Source: Candidatus Poribacteria bacterium (GTDB lineage Bacteria; Poribacteria; WGA-4E; WGA-3G). From it: a stretch of DNA of 64,000 bases. The DNA is taken from positions 3,424,001 to 3,488,000 of the forward strand of contig OZ242029.1 of NCBI GenBank assembly GCA_965205015.1, written 5' to 3'. The position numbers and the translations under genes were made by a program. Of the stretch, positions 49,046 to 59,411 are shown piece by piece (within the stretch, counting starts at the first letter, position 1; every line of letters starts with the position of its first letter). The notes below the pieces were generated by a model. That model did no database searches. It was not told where the DNA came from and was given only the letters and a program-made list of their open reading frames with translations.

Positions 49046-49228
49046 ATCAGGATTTTCAGGATTCAAAGATTTTCAGGATAACCTCATCTATAAAAGGAGT
49101 CGGTAATCAGTGGTCAGTAGCCCGTAATGTAATGGCGGGCGGCTCGAACACGAACGATGCCAAAGCACAGATCCCATCGTTTCTCCGCAAGGAAAAATTA
49201 TAGTAAAACCGAAAAATAAGTGAACATT

Positions 49229-49288
49229 CGTAGCACAAACTGTCCAGTTTGTGCAGGGGAGGCACACAAACTAACAGTTTGCGCTACA
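49229..49288. repeat. Inverted pair of GTAG-type REP palindromes
   Basis: GTAGCACAAACTGTCCAGTTTGTGC ... CACAAACTAACAGTTTGCGCTAC. Confidence 0.75.
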
Positions 49289-49342
49289 ATCGGGGTGCCC
49301 AAGTAATTATTGACTCTACTATAAAAAAGGAAAATTAAAAAT

Positions 49343-50113
49343 ATGCCACAAGTTGATCCAATTTATTTTGCCATTGTTATTGCTGTTGTCATTATGCTTG
49401 GGACGAGCATTCGGATTCTCAAGGAGTACGAGCGCGCCGTTATTTTCCGTCTCGGACGATTGGTTTCGACCCGGGGTCCCGGGCTTGTGTTTATGATACC
49501 GTTCTGGATAGAACGGATGCAGCGGATTAGCCTTCGGGTGATCGTCAACGATGTCACCCCGCAAGATGTGATTACGAAAGACAACGTCTCCGTGAGTGTT
49601 AACGCCGTGCTCACGTTCAGAGTGACCGAAGCGGATAGAGCCGTGATCGAGGTTGAAGATTTCGGTTTTGCGATTGCACAGGTCGCACAGACGACGCTCC
49701 GGAGTGTGCTTGGACGTGCTGAATTAGATGATCTGCTCTCAGAGCGCGAGAAGTTAAATCAGGACTTGGAGGAGATCATCAAGAAACATTGTGAACCGTG
49801 GGGCGTCGAGGTGCTTGCGATGGAGATTAAGCACGTGGATCTCCCTGTTGAGATGCAGCGCGCCATGGCGAAACAGGCGGAAGCGGAGCGGGAGCGGCGT
49901 GCGAAGGTTACACACGCCGAGGGTGAATTCGAGTCTGCCGAGGTGCTAACCAATGCCGCTGAAATCCTCAGCCGGATTCCAACGGCTGTGCAGCTCCGGT
50001 TCCTTCAAGCGTTAGTGGAAGTCAGTGCCGAGAAAAACTCGACCATGGTTTTCCCAATTCCGATCGATCTGCTCAGTCCGTTCCTTGACAAAATGAAAGG
50101 GAAAGAAGAATAG
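49343..50113 (+). CDS. SPFH/stomatin-like (slipin) protein
   Basis: [42 protein letters not shown]. Confidence 0.93.
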   Translation: MPQVDPIYFAIVIAVVIMLGTSIRILKEYERAVIFRLGRLVSTRGPGLVFMIPFWIERMQRISLRVIVNDVTPQDVITKDNVSVSVNAVLTFRVTEADRAVIEVEDFGFAIAQVAQTTLRSVLGRAELDDLLSEREKLNQDLEEIIKKHCEPWGVEVLAMEIKHVDLPVEMQRAMAKQAEAERERRAKVTHAEGEFESAEVLTNAAEILSRIPTAVQLRFLQALVEVSAEKNSTMVFPIPIDLLSPFLDKMKGKEE

Positions 50114-50131
50114 ACTTTCCCTCTAACCAAG

Positions 50132-50271
50132 GTAGGTGCGGTTTCCTAACCGCACCGAGCAACCTGCCAGCCCTTGCCGAGGTTTCCCAACCTCGCCTAC
50201 CAATAATAACTAATAACTGAAACTGATGACGGATAGCCCCTGTAACACTTGTAGGAGGGGTTTCTAACCCT
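50132..50271. repeat. Cluster of GTAG REPs and heptamer repeats
   Basis: GTAGGTGCGGTTTCCTAACCGCACC, CGAGGTTTCCCAACCTCGCCTAC, GTAGGAGGGGTTTCTAACCC. Confidence 0.7.
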
Positions 50272-50316
50272 CACAATTGACCTATCATCCATTCCATAGG
50301 TATTTCAATCTCACTC

Positions 50317-51051
50317 TCAATACCGCCAATCTTCATGCGCCAGCGGTGCCTGATTCAGGGCGTCGCGATACGCATGCCACTGTGGCAGAAACTTGTCCAT
50401 CAAGGCGCGAAACCGGTCGTTATGTGCACGCTCCAGAAGATGCACCATCTCATGCACCAGGATATACACCACGCAGGATTCCGGTTTCTTTGCGAGTTCG
50501 AGATTCAGCCAAATCCGTTTGGCTTCGATGTTGCAAGACCCCCAGAGCGTTTTCATCTTCTTAATCCGTACTTCGTTGACGGACACACCTAACTTCACTT
50601 CCCATTTCTCAAGGAGCGGCGGCAGTTGCGCTCGGAGATTCTGGCGATACCAGCGATAAAGTACTGCTTCGCGCGTGTCCCGATCCGACCCCGGACGCAC
50701 ACTCAGAATGATCTTTGTGTTATTGGGTAGCCAGACCTTCGCTGGACAGTCTTGTTCTACGACATCCAGTCGGTAGCGTCTGCCTGCAAAATAGTGGCTC
50801 TCACCTGTCACAAATTCGCGTTGAGATTGCCGATCCTGCTTTGTAAACACCTCTTGTTTCCGGCGAATCCAGCCCAATCGTGAGATAACCGCTATCCGAA
50901 TAGTATCATCATCAAAGTATAAGGGTGCCGATACCCGCACGCGCCCGTTTGGCGGATGAACACTTACATGGAAGTTCTTGATCTCCTTGCGGATCACCTC
51001 TACAGAGATCCCGCGGATATCAATATAATACCTATCAATTTTAGTATTCAC
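50317..51051 (-). CDS. YgjP/DUF45 (M48/SprT-like) metalloprotein associated with type I R-M
   Basis: GESHYF.GRRY, MKTLWGSC, YILVHEMVHL..H (HExxH). Confidence 0.9.
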   Translation of the reverse strand: MNTKIDRYYIDIRGISVEVIRKEIKNFHVSVHPPNGRVRVSAPLYFDDDTIRIAVISRLGWIRRKQEVFTKQDRQSQREFVTGESHYFAGRRYRLDVVEQDCPAKVWLPNNTKIILSVRPGSDRDTREAVLYRWYRQNLRAQLPPLLEKWEVKLGVSVNEVRIKKMKTLWGSCNIEAKRIWLNLELAKKPESCVVYILVHEMVHLLERAHNDRFRALMDKFLPQWHAYRDALNQAPLAHEDWRY

Positions 51052-54000
51052 GCTGATTCACCGCCAGTTCGAGAAGTGAATTGACATCCAGGTCATAGTC
51101 CCTAAATTCCTGTTGAATTACCCGTGCGATAGCGTTCTGTACCTGCCGCTTCTTGCGTCTGTTACCGCGCCAGTCGTCCTGTTTCGTTCTGCGGATAGCG
51201 GTATCTATTGCGAGTGCCGCCGCTTCCCTACGGTCTTCAGGAAGCGTGTCTAAGTTGTCAAACAGAGCGTGTAATGCGCCGGTATTGATATTGGCGGGAT
51301 AGCGATCTGGGTTTTCGTGTTCTGCTATCCGCCCACTGAGTCCTTCGATTTCGGATAGATATTCACGATAATCCAAAGCCCCGCGTCGGCGTTGGCGAAT
51401 GATGTCATCGAGGAGATGTGAGATCTCCTCGTAATACCTCGGATTGACCTCCGACCTGTCAACGATAAGCCGACGGACGTTGTTTTCGATGGTTGATGCT
51501 CTTGCGATTTCGTTGGTGCGAATGCCCTCCGGTAGCAGATTCAGTGCTTCGGCACCGTTTTGAACAATCAGTTCCACTAAGGGAATATCGCCGAGCGTTG
51601 AAAGGATTTCGCTCTCCTCAGCTCGGATGTATGTATCAATGAGATGCCGCATATCAGGTTCATAGGCTTTCAGATCAACGTAATCGCCGCTGGCAAGTTT
51701 GATCTCTCGGCTGACGTTTTCGTAGTGCGTCACCTCTTCCTTAATCTCCCGTGCCGCATCGGCACTGTAACCCGCCTCGCGCATATCGTTGGCGAGATTG
51801 GCATAAGCACGCACAAAGGCTGCTGTGAATTTATAGAGTTTCTCGCGTTTCGGCTCATTTGCTTTGAGTTGTTCGAGATTCCCAGCTTCTTCACCACAGA
51901 AGAAACGGATGTAATCGGCGGTGTCGTGTGGTGGTGCCACGGGTTCGCACAGTGCTTTAACCGCCTCACGCGTTTCCTCTAAACGTTCTCGCCCTTTTTC
52001 GAGTCTATCCTTCAATAATCCTTGGACATCTTCTGCATCGAAATTTTCAAAGGCTTCGCCGGTGTAGTCGGTAATAGCTTGCTCCAGAGACCGGAATAGG
52101 TCTTGATAATCGACGATGTAGCCGAATTCCTTGTCCTCACCGTCGAGACGGTTGACCCTACAGATCGCTTGGAAAAGCCCGTGATCTTGCATATTCTTGT
52201 CGATATAGAGATAGGTCGCGGGAGGCGCGTCGAAACCCGTAAGGAGCTTATCCACAACGATGAGGAGTTTCATCTCGTCTGGCTTTTCAATGAAACTTTT
52301 CTTCACCTCCTGTTCAAACCGATCGGCTTTGGACATTGCAGTGTTTGCGGGTTCGTCAAAGTGTTCCGCGAGCATCTCGCGATAGGTATAATACTCTGTC
52401 TGTCTATCTGTCATCCCTTCTCCGGTTTCTTCCCGTGCGACATCATCGGCGGAAGGTCTATAGGAAGTTACAATAGCACATTTCCCTTTTAAGGGTGTTT
52501 CCTGAAACATCTGAAAAAATCGGCAGGCGGAAAAGATACTATCGGCGACGAGCATAGCGTTGCCGCGTCCGCTTTTAAGTCTGTCTCGATTTTCCATATC
52601 AAGGACAATATCGGCGACGATTTTACCCAACCGCTCCCGCGAACTGAGAACATTCTGCAACGTGCTCCAACGCTGTCGGAGCTGCGCCCTTGCTGTATCG
52701 GTGAGTCCACTGGTTCTATCGTCAAACCATTGATCGATCTCTTCCTGAGAGGAGAGGGTTTGGTTAATGTCGCGCGCCTCATACCGCAGATCTAACACGA
52801 CACTGTCTTCAACGGCTTTGTCATACGTATAGGTATGGATGTAGGGACCGAAGGTTTCAATGCTCCGTTTCTTGTCGCTTTTCAACAGGGGGGTGCCTGT
52901 GAAACCGATCAACATGGCATTTGGCAGGAGCGTCTTCATCGCGCTGTGGAGTTTTCCTGACTGCGTGCGGTGGCATTCGTCGACAAAGACGAAGAATTCA
53001 CCCTTCGCTTGGAAACCGTCCGATAGATGTTGCTGAAGGTCGTCAAGATAGTCGTCATAATCGTCAGTATCGCTATCTTCATCTTCTCTTTCATCCGATC
53101 TGCCGAACTTGTGGACGAGTGAACAGATTAACCGCTCCGCAGGATTCGTGAGGACCTGCAGGAGATGTGCTCCGCTCTGTGTCCGCCGAATGTCCTCGTT
53201 GACACCCCTAAAAACACCTTCAATTTGTTCGTCGAGTTCGGTGCGGTCAGTGATAATGAGCACACGCCCATTAGGGATGGTTTCGAGGATTGATTTTGCG
53301 AGCCAGACCATTGTAAGGCTCTTACCGCTGCCTTGGGTGTGCCAGATGATACCGCCTTCTCTACGTTTCACACGTTCTTGCGCGGCTTCCACACCGAAGA
53401 ATTGGTTGTGTCGGCAAATCTTCTTGGTTCCGGCATCGAAGACGATGAAGTTGTGCAGGATGTCAAGCAATCGGGTTTTGTTGCAGACTTGACTGAGTTC
53501 TCGGAGCAGGAAATTATCGCCTACCTCGGGATGGGCATCTGTTTCCTTCCATCGTAACCAGTGTTTCTCTGGTGTTTTGATAACGCCGTAGTGTAGTCCT
53601 TGGGTTTCACTGCCTGCCATGACGAGCTGCACAGTGCTAAAAAACCATTCGATGAAATCCTCGCGTTGGTTGGTAAGGTTCTGGCGGATGCCTTCGGAAA
53701 CGGAGACGATGGAACGTTTGAGTTCGAGGACACCGATGGCGATACCGTTGATGTATAGCACTAAATCAGGGCGTTTGTTGCCGTCCTCGCCTTTGAGAGT
53801 TACCTCTTCAGCGATACCGAAATCGTTATTGAACGGATGCTCCCAGTCAATGAGCTTAACGGCGATCCGGTGCTCACCCGTGCTGGGTTGGACGTTCACA
53901 CCGTAGCGCAGGAGTTCATAGACCTCTCGGTTTGCTTCATAGAGTTTTCTACTACCACCGAGTGCCGCCGCCTTCTCCAGTTCATACAGCACTTTGGTGA

Positions 54001-54175
54001 TGATGGGGTCGTCGTGCCCGCTGCTGCTCAACCAATCGGTAAGCAACTCTTTCTCAATATTGCTATTATCCTGACGTCCTTGCCAGTTGCGGAGGTAGGT
54101 ATACCCCAACGTCTTCTGGAAGAATGTGACGACACGTTCTTGGGTGCGTATTTCCCTGTCACCAACGGTACTCAT
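51041..54175 (-). CDS. hsdR: Type I restriction endonuclease subunit R
   Basis: RPDLVLYING..ELK, WHTQGSGKS, DECHR, GFTGTP, LLTGFDAP, QAICRVNR. Confidence 0.96.
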   Translation of the reverse strand: MSTVGDREIRTQERVVTFFQKTLGYTYLRNWQGRQDNSNIEKELLTDWLSSSGHDDPIITKVLYELEKAAALGGSRKLYEANREVYELLRYGVNVQPSTGEHRIAVKLIDWEHPFNNDFGIAEEVTLKGEDGNKRPDLVLYINGIAIGVLELKRSIVSVSEGIRQNLTNQREDFIEWFFSTVQLVMAGSETQGLHYGVIKTPEKHWLRWKETDAHPEVGDNFLLRELSQVCNKTRLLDILHNFIVFDAGTKKICRHNQFFGVEAAQERVKRREGGIIWHTQGSGKSLTMVWLAKSILETIPNGRVLIITDRTELDEQIEGVFRGVNEDIRRTQSGAHLLQVLTNPAERLICSLVHKFGRSDEREDEDSDTDDYDDYLDDLQQHLSDGFQAKGEFFVFVDECHRTQSGKLHSAMKTLLPNAMLIGFTGTPLLKSDKKRSIETFGPYIHTYTYDKAVEDSVVLDLRYEARDINQTLSSQEEIDQWFDDRTSGLTDTARAQLRQRWSTLQNVLSSRERLGKIVADIVLDMENRDRLKSGRGNAMLVADSIFSACRFFQMFQETPLKGKCAIVTSYRPSADDVAREETGEGMTDRQTEYYTYREMLAEHFDEPANTAMSKADRFEQEVKKSFIEKPDEMKLLIVVDKLLTGFDAPPATYLYIDKNMQDHGLFQAICRVNRLDGEDKEFGYIVDYQDLFRSLEQAITDYTGEAFENFDAEDVQGLLKDRLEKGRERLEETREAVKALCEPVAPPHDTADYIRFFCGEEAGNLEQLKANEPKREKLYKFTAAFVRAYANLANDMREAGYSADAAREIKEEVTHYENVSREIKLASGDYVDLKAYEPDMRHLIDTYIRAEESEILSTLGDIPLVELIVQNGAEALNLLPEGIRTNEIARASTIENNVRRLIVDRSEVNPRYYEEISHLLDDIIRQRRRGALDYREYLSEIEGLSGRIAEHENPDRYPANINTGALHALFDNLDTLPEDRREAAALAIDTAIRRTKQDDWRGNRRKKRQVQNAIARVIQQEFRDYDLDVNSLLELAVNQREY

Positions 54176-54193
54176 ATCACTATTCCCTTAGGA

Positions 54194-55747
54194 TTACTCC
54201 CGCCACTGTCTTAAAATGCCCTGCAGCTCATCCGCAAGGGGTCGAATGTCACTCTCTCTTTGATTCGCCTCTAAGCGAGCAACGATCCGGCAGATCTCCG
54301 ATGCCTCTCTACGTAAGTTTTCGGAGAGGCTCCGAAATTTGTTTTTGGCGATCTCTGAAGGCGAATCGGATGCTGAGCTGTATATGGCATCCAGCTGCTG
54401 AATCAAGTTAGACAGACCTGCACGCGTGTTTCCGAGTCGTCCGATTTCTACGTCAGGGATGTATTTTAACCGATCCCACACCCAACTTTCGGGGGATCCA
54501 TTACCGGGGAGAAATAGTATGGACACAGTGCTTTTTGCAGCATCTTGTATTTTAAGCGAGATTTCGCCATCTCTCTGGTCACCATCAAGAATGAAAACAG
54601 TATTTTGAATCTGACCGAATTTTCTTAAAGTCTCAGCATGCATTGGAAATTGACTTGCCCCTGTGTCACGTCCAATGCGGATCGCTTCCCTGTTCATTCC
54701 CTCTTCTGGGAGTAGAAAGTCAAATATACCCTCCAAGATACCTTCAGCGATGTCATCTTCACAGAGTAGTTTGAGCATCTCACTGGAGCGTCCGTAGAGT
54801 GCATTCTGAATTAAGTCGCGATATGCCGGGCGGACCACAACTTCACCTGACGTGTCGGATCGATCAAGAAAAATCCTACCATTGAGCGGCACTGAGTCGA
54901 GAACGACTGGACTATGGGAGGTTACAATAATTTGGAGGTCGTTGCGAAGGGCAAGTTGCTGTAGATGCAACATGAGTAGTTGCTGCACCCAAGGATGCAG
55001 TCCAGCTTCCACTTCGTCAATTAGAACGAGTGCCCCGTCGAGTTGCGTGATCTCTTTTGACAACCGCAAGATCGCACGTTCCCCAGCTGCCATGTGTAGT
55101 TCTGAGTAAGCCGCCCCCCCTTCTTGGGCGGCAAAGAGCAGATTTTTGTTACCACTTGATAAATCAACGACCTCCGAATATCTAAAAGGGAGCATCTGAT
55201 GTGCAAACTCAATCTGTGATGCCGTTAGAGGTGTTTCTTCCGGTGGTTCAGATTTCAGACGTGACAGGCTGAGCACACCACGCACCTCCGATGGGTTCCT
55301 CAGATTGCTGAGCGTTCTGAGATAGACCGGCCGCTCAGGTTGACTGGCGTTTTGACGACCGAAGAAACTCCGATTCCACCCTTTGGTGCGTCGCCATCGC
55401 ATGGAGGCCTCACCTTCTGGAGTCTGGTAATAGAACTCCATTGTGACCGTTTGCTGCATATCTTGGTGCCTCCCAAGTTTAGGGCGATAATCAGGAAAGA
55501 GTGTGGACGGAACGAATTCCTTAACCCCCGCACCCGGCACCTTATAAGCGCATGCTGTGGCAAAAAGGATCGTTGACTTGCCAGTAGTATTTCCACCTGC
55601 GATTACACTTACCGGATAATCAAATGGGACTCTTAAGTTATTGAATCCACGGATACCATCTAAGCGGATTGCCGATAGAAAATGTGATAGATGCGGTTTT
55701 TTGCCTTGTAAATTTCTCCCAAGTTCTTCTAAGCGTCTCTCAATCAT
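54194..55747 (-). CDS. ABC-type (AAA_21) ATPase fused to a TOPRIM-like domain
   Basis: GGNTTGKST, MAAGE, LIDEVEAGLHP, TSHS; then LCEDDIA and ILDGD. Confidence 0.8.
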   Translation of the reverse strand: MIERRLEELGRNLQGKKPHLSHFLSAIRLDGIRGFNNLRVPFDYPVSVIAGGNTTGKSTILFATACAYKVPGAGVKEFVPSTLFPDYRPKLGRHQDMQQTVTMEFYYQTPEGEASMRWRRTKGWNRSFFGRQNASQPERPVYLRTLSNLRNPSEVRGVLSLSRLKSEPPEETPLTASQIEFAHQMLPFRYSEVVDLSSGNKNLLFAAQEGGAAYSELHMAAGERAILRLSKEITQLDGALVLIDEVEAGLHPWVQQLLMLHLQQLALRNDLQIIVTSHSPVVLDSVPLNGRIFLDRSDTSGEVVVRPAYRDLIQNALYGRSSEMLKLLCEDDIAEGILEGIFDFLLPEEGMNREAIRIGRDTGASQFPMHAETLRKFGQIQNTVFILDGDQRDGEISLKIQDAAKSTVSILFLPGNGSPESWVWDRLKYIPDVEIGRLGNTRAGLSNLIQQLDAIYSSASDSPSEIAKNKFRSLSENLRREASEICRIVARLEANQRESDIRPLADELQGILRQWRE

Positions 55748-55841
55748 AAGTTATCCCCTTCGTGCAAGTGCCTTTCTTTTCTTTAATCCTGGACATATTA
55801 CCGTCTCGATCTCAACCAGAAGTTACGACTCTGGCTGTATC

Positions 55842-57359
55842 TTAATCCACTTTTTCTGATTTCAGACGCGTCAAGGCAGTCTTCCCTTTATGCGTCAGGC
55901 GGTATTTCTGTAGGCGACTATTGGGTTTATCTGGCAGTGTATATTCAATCATCTGATCAGCCAAGAGTGTCCGCACAACCTTATTCAGTGGTCCAGAGAT
56001 TGCCCTTTGCCCTAAGTTTCTGGACAATTCGGATTTTTGCATTGGCCCCTTGGTAAGTAAGTTTAGTACTCTCGACTTGAGTTCTCTGGGCTGTGACTCT
56101 GGCTGTGACTCTGGCTGTGACTCTGGCTGCCCCGTAATCTGCTTCGGAGGCGTGGCACGCCAGATCGTTATCTTGAATCCGCTGCTGTCAGTGAATTCCG
56201 GTTCGCGTAAGTTAACATCCTTACATCGACGGATCATGTCTAATGTCCCTGTCCCCATCTCTTCAATGTATTGAGTGAGGTATAAGGACCGAGCAAGCAA
56301 CCGGTTGTTGGGCACCGATGGATGCGTGTCTCGCAACTGTTCCAGAGTCAAGGAGGGTGGCAATCTACCAGGATTCAATATCTCAAGCCGATCCGAGAAC
56401 AGCATCACTTGGACGCTGGCATTACTGGTATAGTCTCGATGTGCTACGGCATTGACGATCGCCTCCCTTACAACTTCTTTTGGGATTTCATAGGCGATAG
56501 GGGCTTGCACGCTTTCTGCGCGTGTGCCTACCGACAGTGCGATCTTGCTAAGCACAAAATCCACGGCTTGATCGACGAGTTGAAATGCTGTGCCTTTGTA
56601 GACTTGATAGGATGGGATGGGCTTCGCGACCTCTGTTCCGTGAAAGTGGGCACATTTAACCTCCGAGGAAATTAGAAACCGCTGTGGGACTTTCCCAAAT
56701 ACCAGCACTGCCGCGTTCGTGGGGCGTCCATCGTTTAGCAGATTGAGATGAACCAATAACTCTTCGGTTGATGCCCTTTCAGTTAACGGAAACTCCCTGG
56801 CACTCCGTGCCGTTCGGATAAACCAGCCTATCTGCTCGGGGTCGAGATCGTCCAGCGATGCTTTTGAACAGGGTGCCGCATCAAAAGGTTCAGAACGGAC
56901 GAGGTCTTGATTGTCTAAGTATTCGACTAACGCTGCGTAGAGTGCCGTTATTAACTCTTCCGACGTGTTGAAACGTTTTCGGATGAGTCCAGCTTGTGCT
57001 TTACGGATGAGTGTCTGCATCTTCGAATGCCGATCATTATCATCCGTTCCTTTCACGAAAATCAGCCGGTGTATACCGGAAGCGGTTGCCTGATCGAACT
57101 CCCGTTCTGTCGGTGATATACCGTCTGTATCTTCCCATCCGTAGTCGTTACCGAACAATCCTATATAGACATCCGACTGCTTAACCTCATCCAGATAGAG
57201 GTCATCCGGACGGCGATCTGATGCTGGAACATCTTCAAACAGAAAAACATCAAAAAACCTTCGCATCAAGGGATCGTCGCGCAGATAGTCGCGTAGTGCT
57301 GCACGTTCTTGTGCGAATTCTCTTTGGACGCTGCTGATAAAAATACGGATAGGGTTCAT
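55842..57359 (-). CDS. DUF4062 + RecG-C/HATPase_c_4-like + wHTH protein
   Basis: RIFISSVQREF..ER (DUF4062), REAIVNAVAHRDY, GTG, PDKPNSRLQKYRLT. Confidence 0.82.
   Translation of the reverse strand: MNPIRIFISSVQREFAQERAALRDYLRDDPLMRRFFDVFLFEDVPASDRRPDDLYLDEVKQSDVYIGLFGNDYGWEDTDGISPTEREFDQATASGIHRLIFVKGTDDNDRHSKMQTLIRKAQAGLIRKRFNTSEELITALYAALVEYLDNQDLVRSEPFDAAPCSKASLDDLDPEQIGWFIRTARSAREFPLTERASTEELLVHLNLLNDGRPTNAAVLVFGKVPQRFLISSEVKCAHFHGTEVAKPIPSYQVYKGTAFQLVDQAVDFVLSKIALSVGTRAESVQAPIAYEIPKEVVREAIVNAVAHRDYTSNASVQVMLFSDRLEILNPGRLPPSLTLEQLRDTHPSVPNNRLLARSLYLTQYIEEMGTGTLDMIRRCKDVNLREPEFTDSSGFKITIWRATPPKQITGQPESQPESQPESQPRELKSRVLNLLTKGPMQKSELSRNLGQRAISGPLNKVVRTLLADQMIEYTLPDKPNSRLQKYRLTHKGKTALTRLKSEKVD
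56088..56129 (-). repeat. 12-bp coding tandem repeat (QPES x3)
   Basis: GGCTGTGACTCT three times. Confidence 0.9.
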
Positions 57360-57440
57360 TGTTCAGTTCTTACCTTCTGGTATAACGCGAGTTCGACTTA
57401 TGATGGATTATGAATGTAAGTGGACATTCGAGATTAATTG

Positions 57441-58071
57441 ACATAGCACTCCGCTGGAGTGCAGCTGAATGACACTCAATATTCTATAGACATGTTGCTC
57501 CGCTGGAGCAAGGAGACCGATTTTTGAGCCTCCACTTTCAAATCTTGCACGTATATTAGGACTTACACATTTCCTCTTAAAGTCCCCCTGATAAGGAGGA
57601 TTTAGGGGGTTAGATAAGATGAAATAACGAGTTTTGAGCGAAATATATTCTTTTTTGTTCAATTTGCGAAAGTCCTGTATGTGTTCATACGTCCGTTTCA
57701 GTGCTCCCTCCTCACGTCGAATGAAGATTAAGAATTTAATCAGGTAATTTCTCAACGTGCGATAAATCGCACTACTACGAGCCGACCCGTTTGTAGTAGG
57801 GCAATTCATTGCCCGTCAATTACCCAATTTATTTGTTAAACTTCATAAGGCGTGATATGTCTATAGAAAAATATATTGCGAACCACCGCACTCCCGGGGG
57901 ATGCCATACGGAGAACCTTCATACCGTTGATTCCGGCGTGCCATGTCTACAAGATGTTTTATCAGTATAGAATTCCATTGATTTCCCAAGGTATCCTCTT
58001 TGCTCCAGCGGAGCAACATGTCTATAGAAAAATGTCCCGAAAGATGCCGCACTCCAGCGGAGTGCTATATC
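57441..58071. repeat. Mosaic of nested REP/MITE-like elements between hsdS and the DUF4062 gene
   Basis: About 70-bp outer inverted arms with CTCCGCTGGAG palindromes; inner AGGACTTAC...AAGTCCT element; ATGAAG.TTAA...TTAAACTTCAT element containing a GTAG REP pair. Confidence 0.75.
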
Positions 58072-58157
58072 TGTAGAATTGGCTGCGGACGCCAAGGTAT
58101 CCTATAAAGTCTGGTTCAGGAAAAGACGCGACAGACACCAAGCATCCCCAATCCGCG

Positions 58158-59411
58158 TTAATCCGTATCATCCGTGCAAATCCGCGATTCAGACAACCGC
58201 ACCCGTCCGGTGAGGAGTTGCTGCATCATCCCTTGCTTGATGGCACGCGTCTTGTCCCGACGCTGCTCCAATGCGGCAATCTCAGCATCCATATCGGAGA
58301 GGACGGAGGCGATGGCGGTCTGTTCGTCAAGTAGAGGAACTTCAAAAACCAAATTACTAAACGTAGATTTTGAAACAATGTTTGTTGCGGTAATCCCTGC
58401 ATTTGCTAAAAGAAAGTTTGCGTTGAATTCAAAAAGATAATACAAAAATTCTGCGTTATACGCGGCGTTTGGAATTACAGCGTTAATTTGTTGATTGCAG
58501 CTGCCTTTAGTCTTAAGTATTGCGTTCTTTCCAATACTTGCTATACACGTAACCAACACAGTATTCGGCGGTAGCGTTCTTATTGCTTTCAAACCTTCTT
58601 GTGTAATCATCCTTTCGGAAACAGTCATATCTCGTTCAGAGGTGATGTCAGTAGGTGTAATCCATGGATATGGTCCATCCCAAAAAGCGTTAACTTTAGT
58701 ACTTGGAGTAGCACCAGTAACTATATCTCCGAATTCTGATACTCGCTTCGTCTCCCACGCCCCGCTAAACCCGGGCAGGCGCGTCCTACCCGTCAGCAGT
58801 TGCTGCATAGTGGCTTGTTTAATCGCCTGCTTCTTCGCGATGAGTGCCTCCAAGGCATCGATCAACCCATCCACATCGGACAACGTTTCAGCGATGGCGC
58901 GTTGTTCGTCAATATCTTGTGGAATGGCCACAACGAATTTGGCAATCCGTCCGAGTGCTAATTTCGGTTGTGCACCGGTGGTTTGTATTAACTTTATTGT
59001 ATTTTGTATTGGGTGTGACATCAGCCAATATTTCAAATAGTCCCGGTCACACTGTAGGTCTGTAATATAATTGGCGTTCTCAGTGAGATTTGCTCCACTA
59101 AGTTCAGGTGGAACAACACCGACAATTCCTAATGAGCCAGCGACACTGATGAAGATATCTTCGCTGTAGATGCGATAATTTTGAATCACTGGAAATGCCT
59201 GTTCTGGCACGTACTTAATATCCGATTGATTTACCCCGCCAGGATGCATATCTACAACCCGCAGATACGGATAGGGTGTGGGTGTGTCAACAACATAAAA
59301 GCCAGATGGTAGTCTTTTACCTCCTTTGACTTTAGCTATATCACCGACATAAACCTGATTCCAGTCATCCGGAACCTGCAACTTCTGAGATTGAGCCATA
59401 GTTTCTTTCAT
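58158..59411 (-). CDS. hsdS: Type I R-M specificity subunit S
   Basis: Two AT-richer TRDs; EQRAIAETLSDVD and EQTAIASVLSDMD conserved helices; ATGA overlap with hsdM. Confidence 0.95.
   Translation of the reverse strand: MKETMAQSQKLQVPDDWNQVYVGDIAKVKGGKRLPSGFYVVDTPTPYPYLRVVDMHPGGVNQSDIKYVPEQAFPVIQNYRIYSEDIFISVAGSLGIVGVVPPELSGANLTENANYITDLQCDRDYLKYWLMSHPIQNTIKLIQTTGAQPKLALGRIAKFVVAIPQDIDEQRAIAETLSDVDGLIDALEALIAKKQAIKQATMQQLLTGRTRLPGFSGAWETKRVSEFGDIVTGATPSTKVNAFWDGPYPWITPTDITSERDMTVSERMITQEGLKAIRTLPPNTVLVTCIASIGKNAILKTKGSCNQQINAVIPNAAYNAEFLYYLFEFNANFLLANAGITATNIVSKSTFSNLVFEVPLLDEQTAIASVLSDMDAEIAALEQRRDKTRAIKQGMMQQLLTGRVRLSESRICTDDTD

Noticed and set aside
57408-58076. ORFs of 133, 63 and 66 aa between hsdS and the DUF4062 gene
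   Set aside because: They are translations of repeat elements (APAEQHVYR, MLLRWS, NPPYQG).
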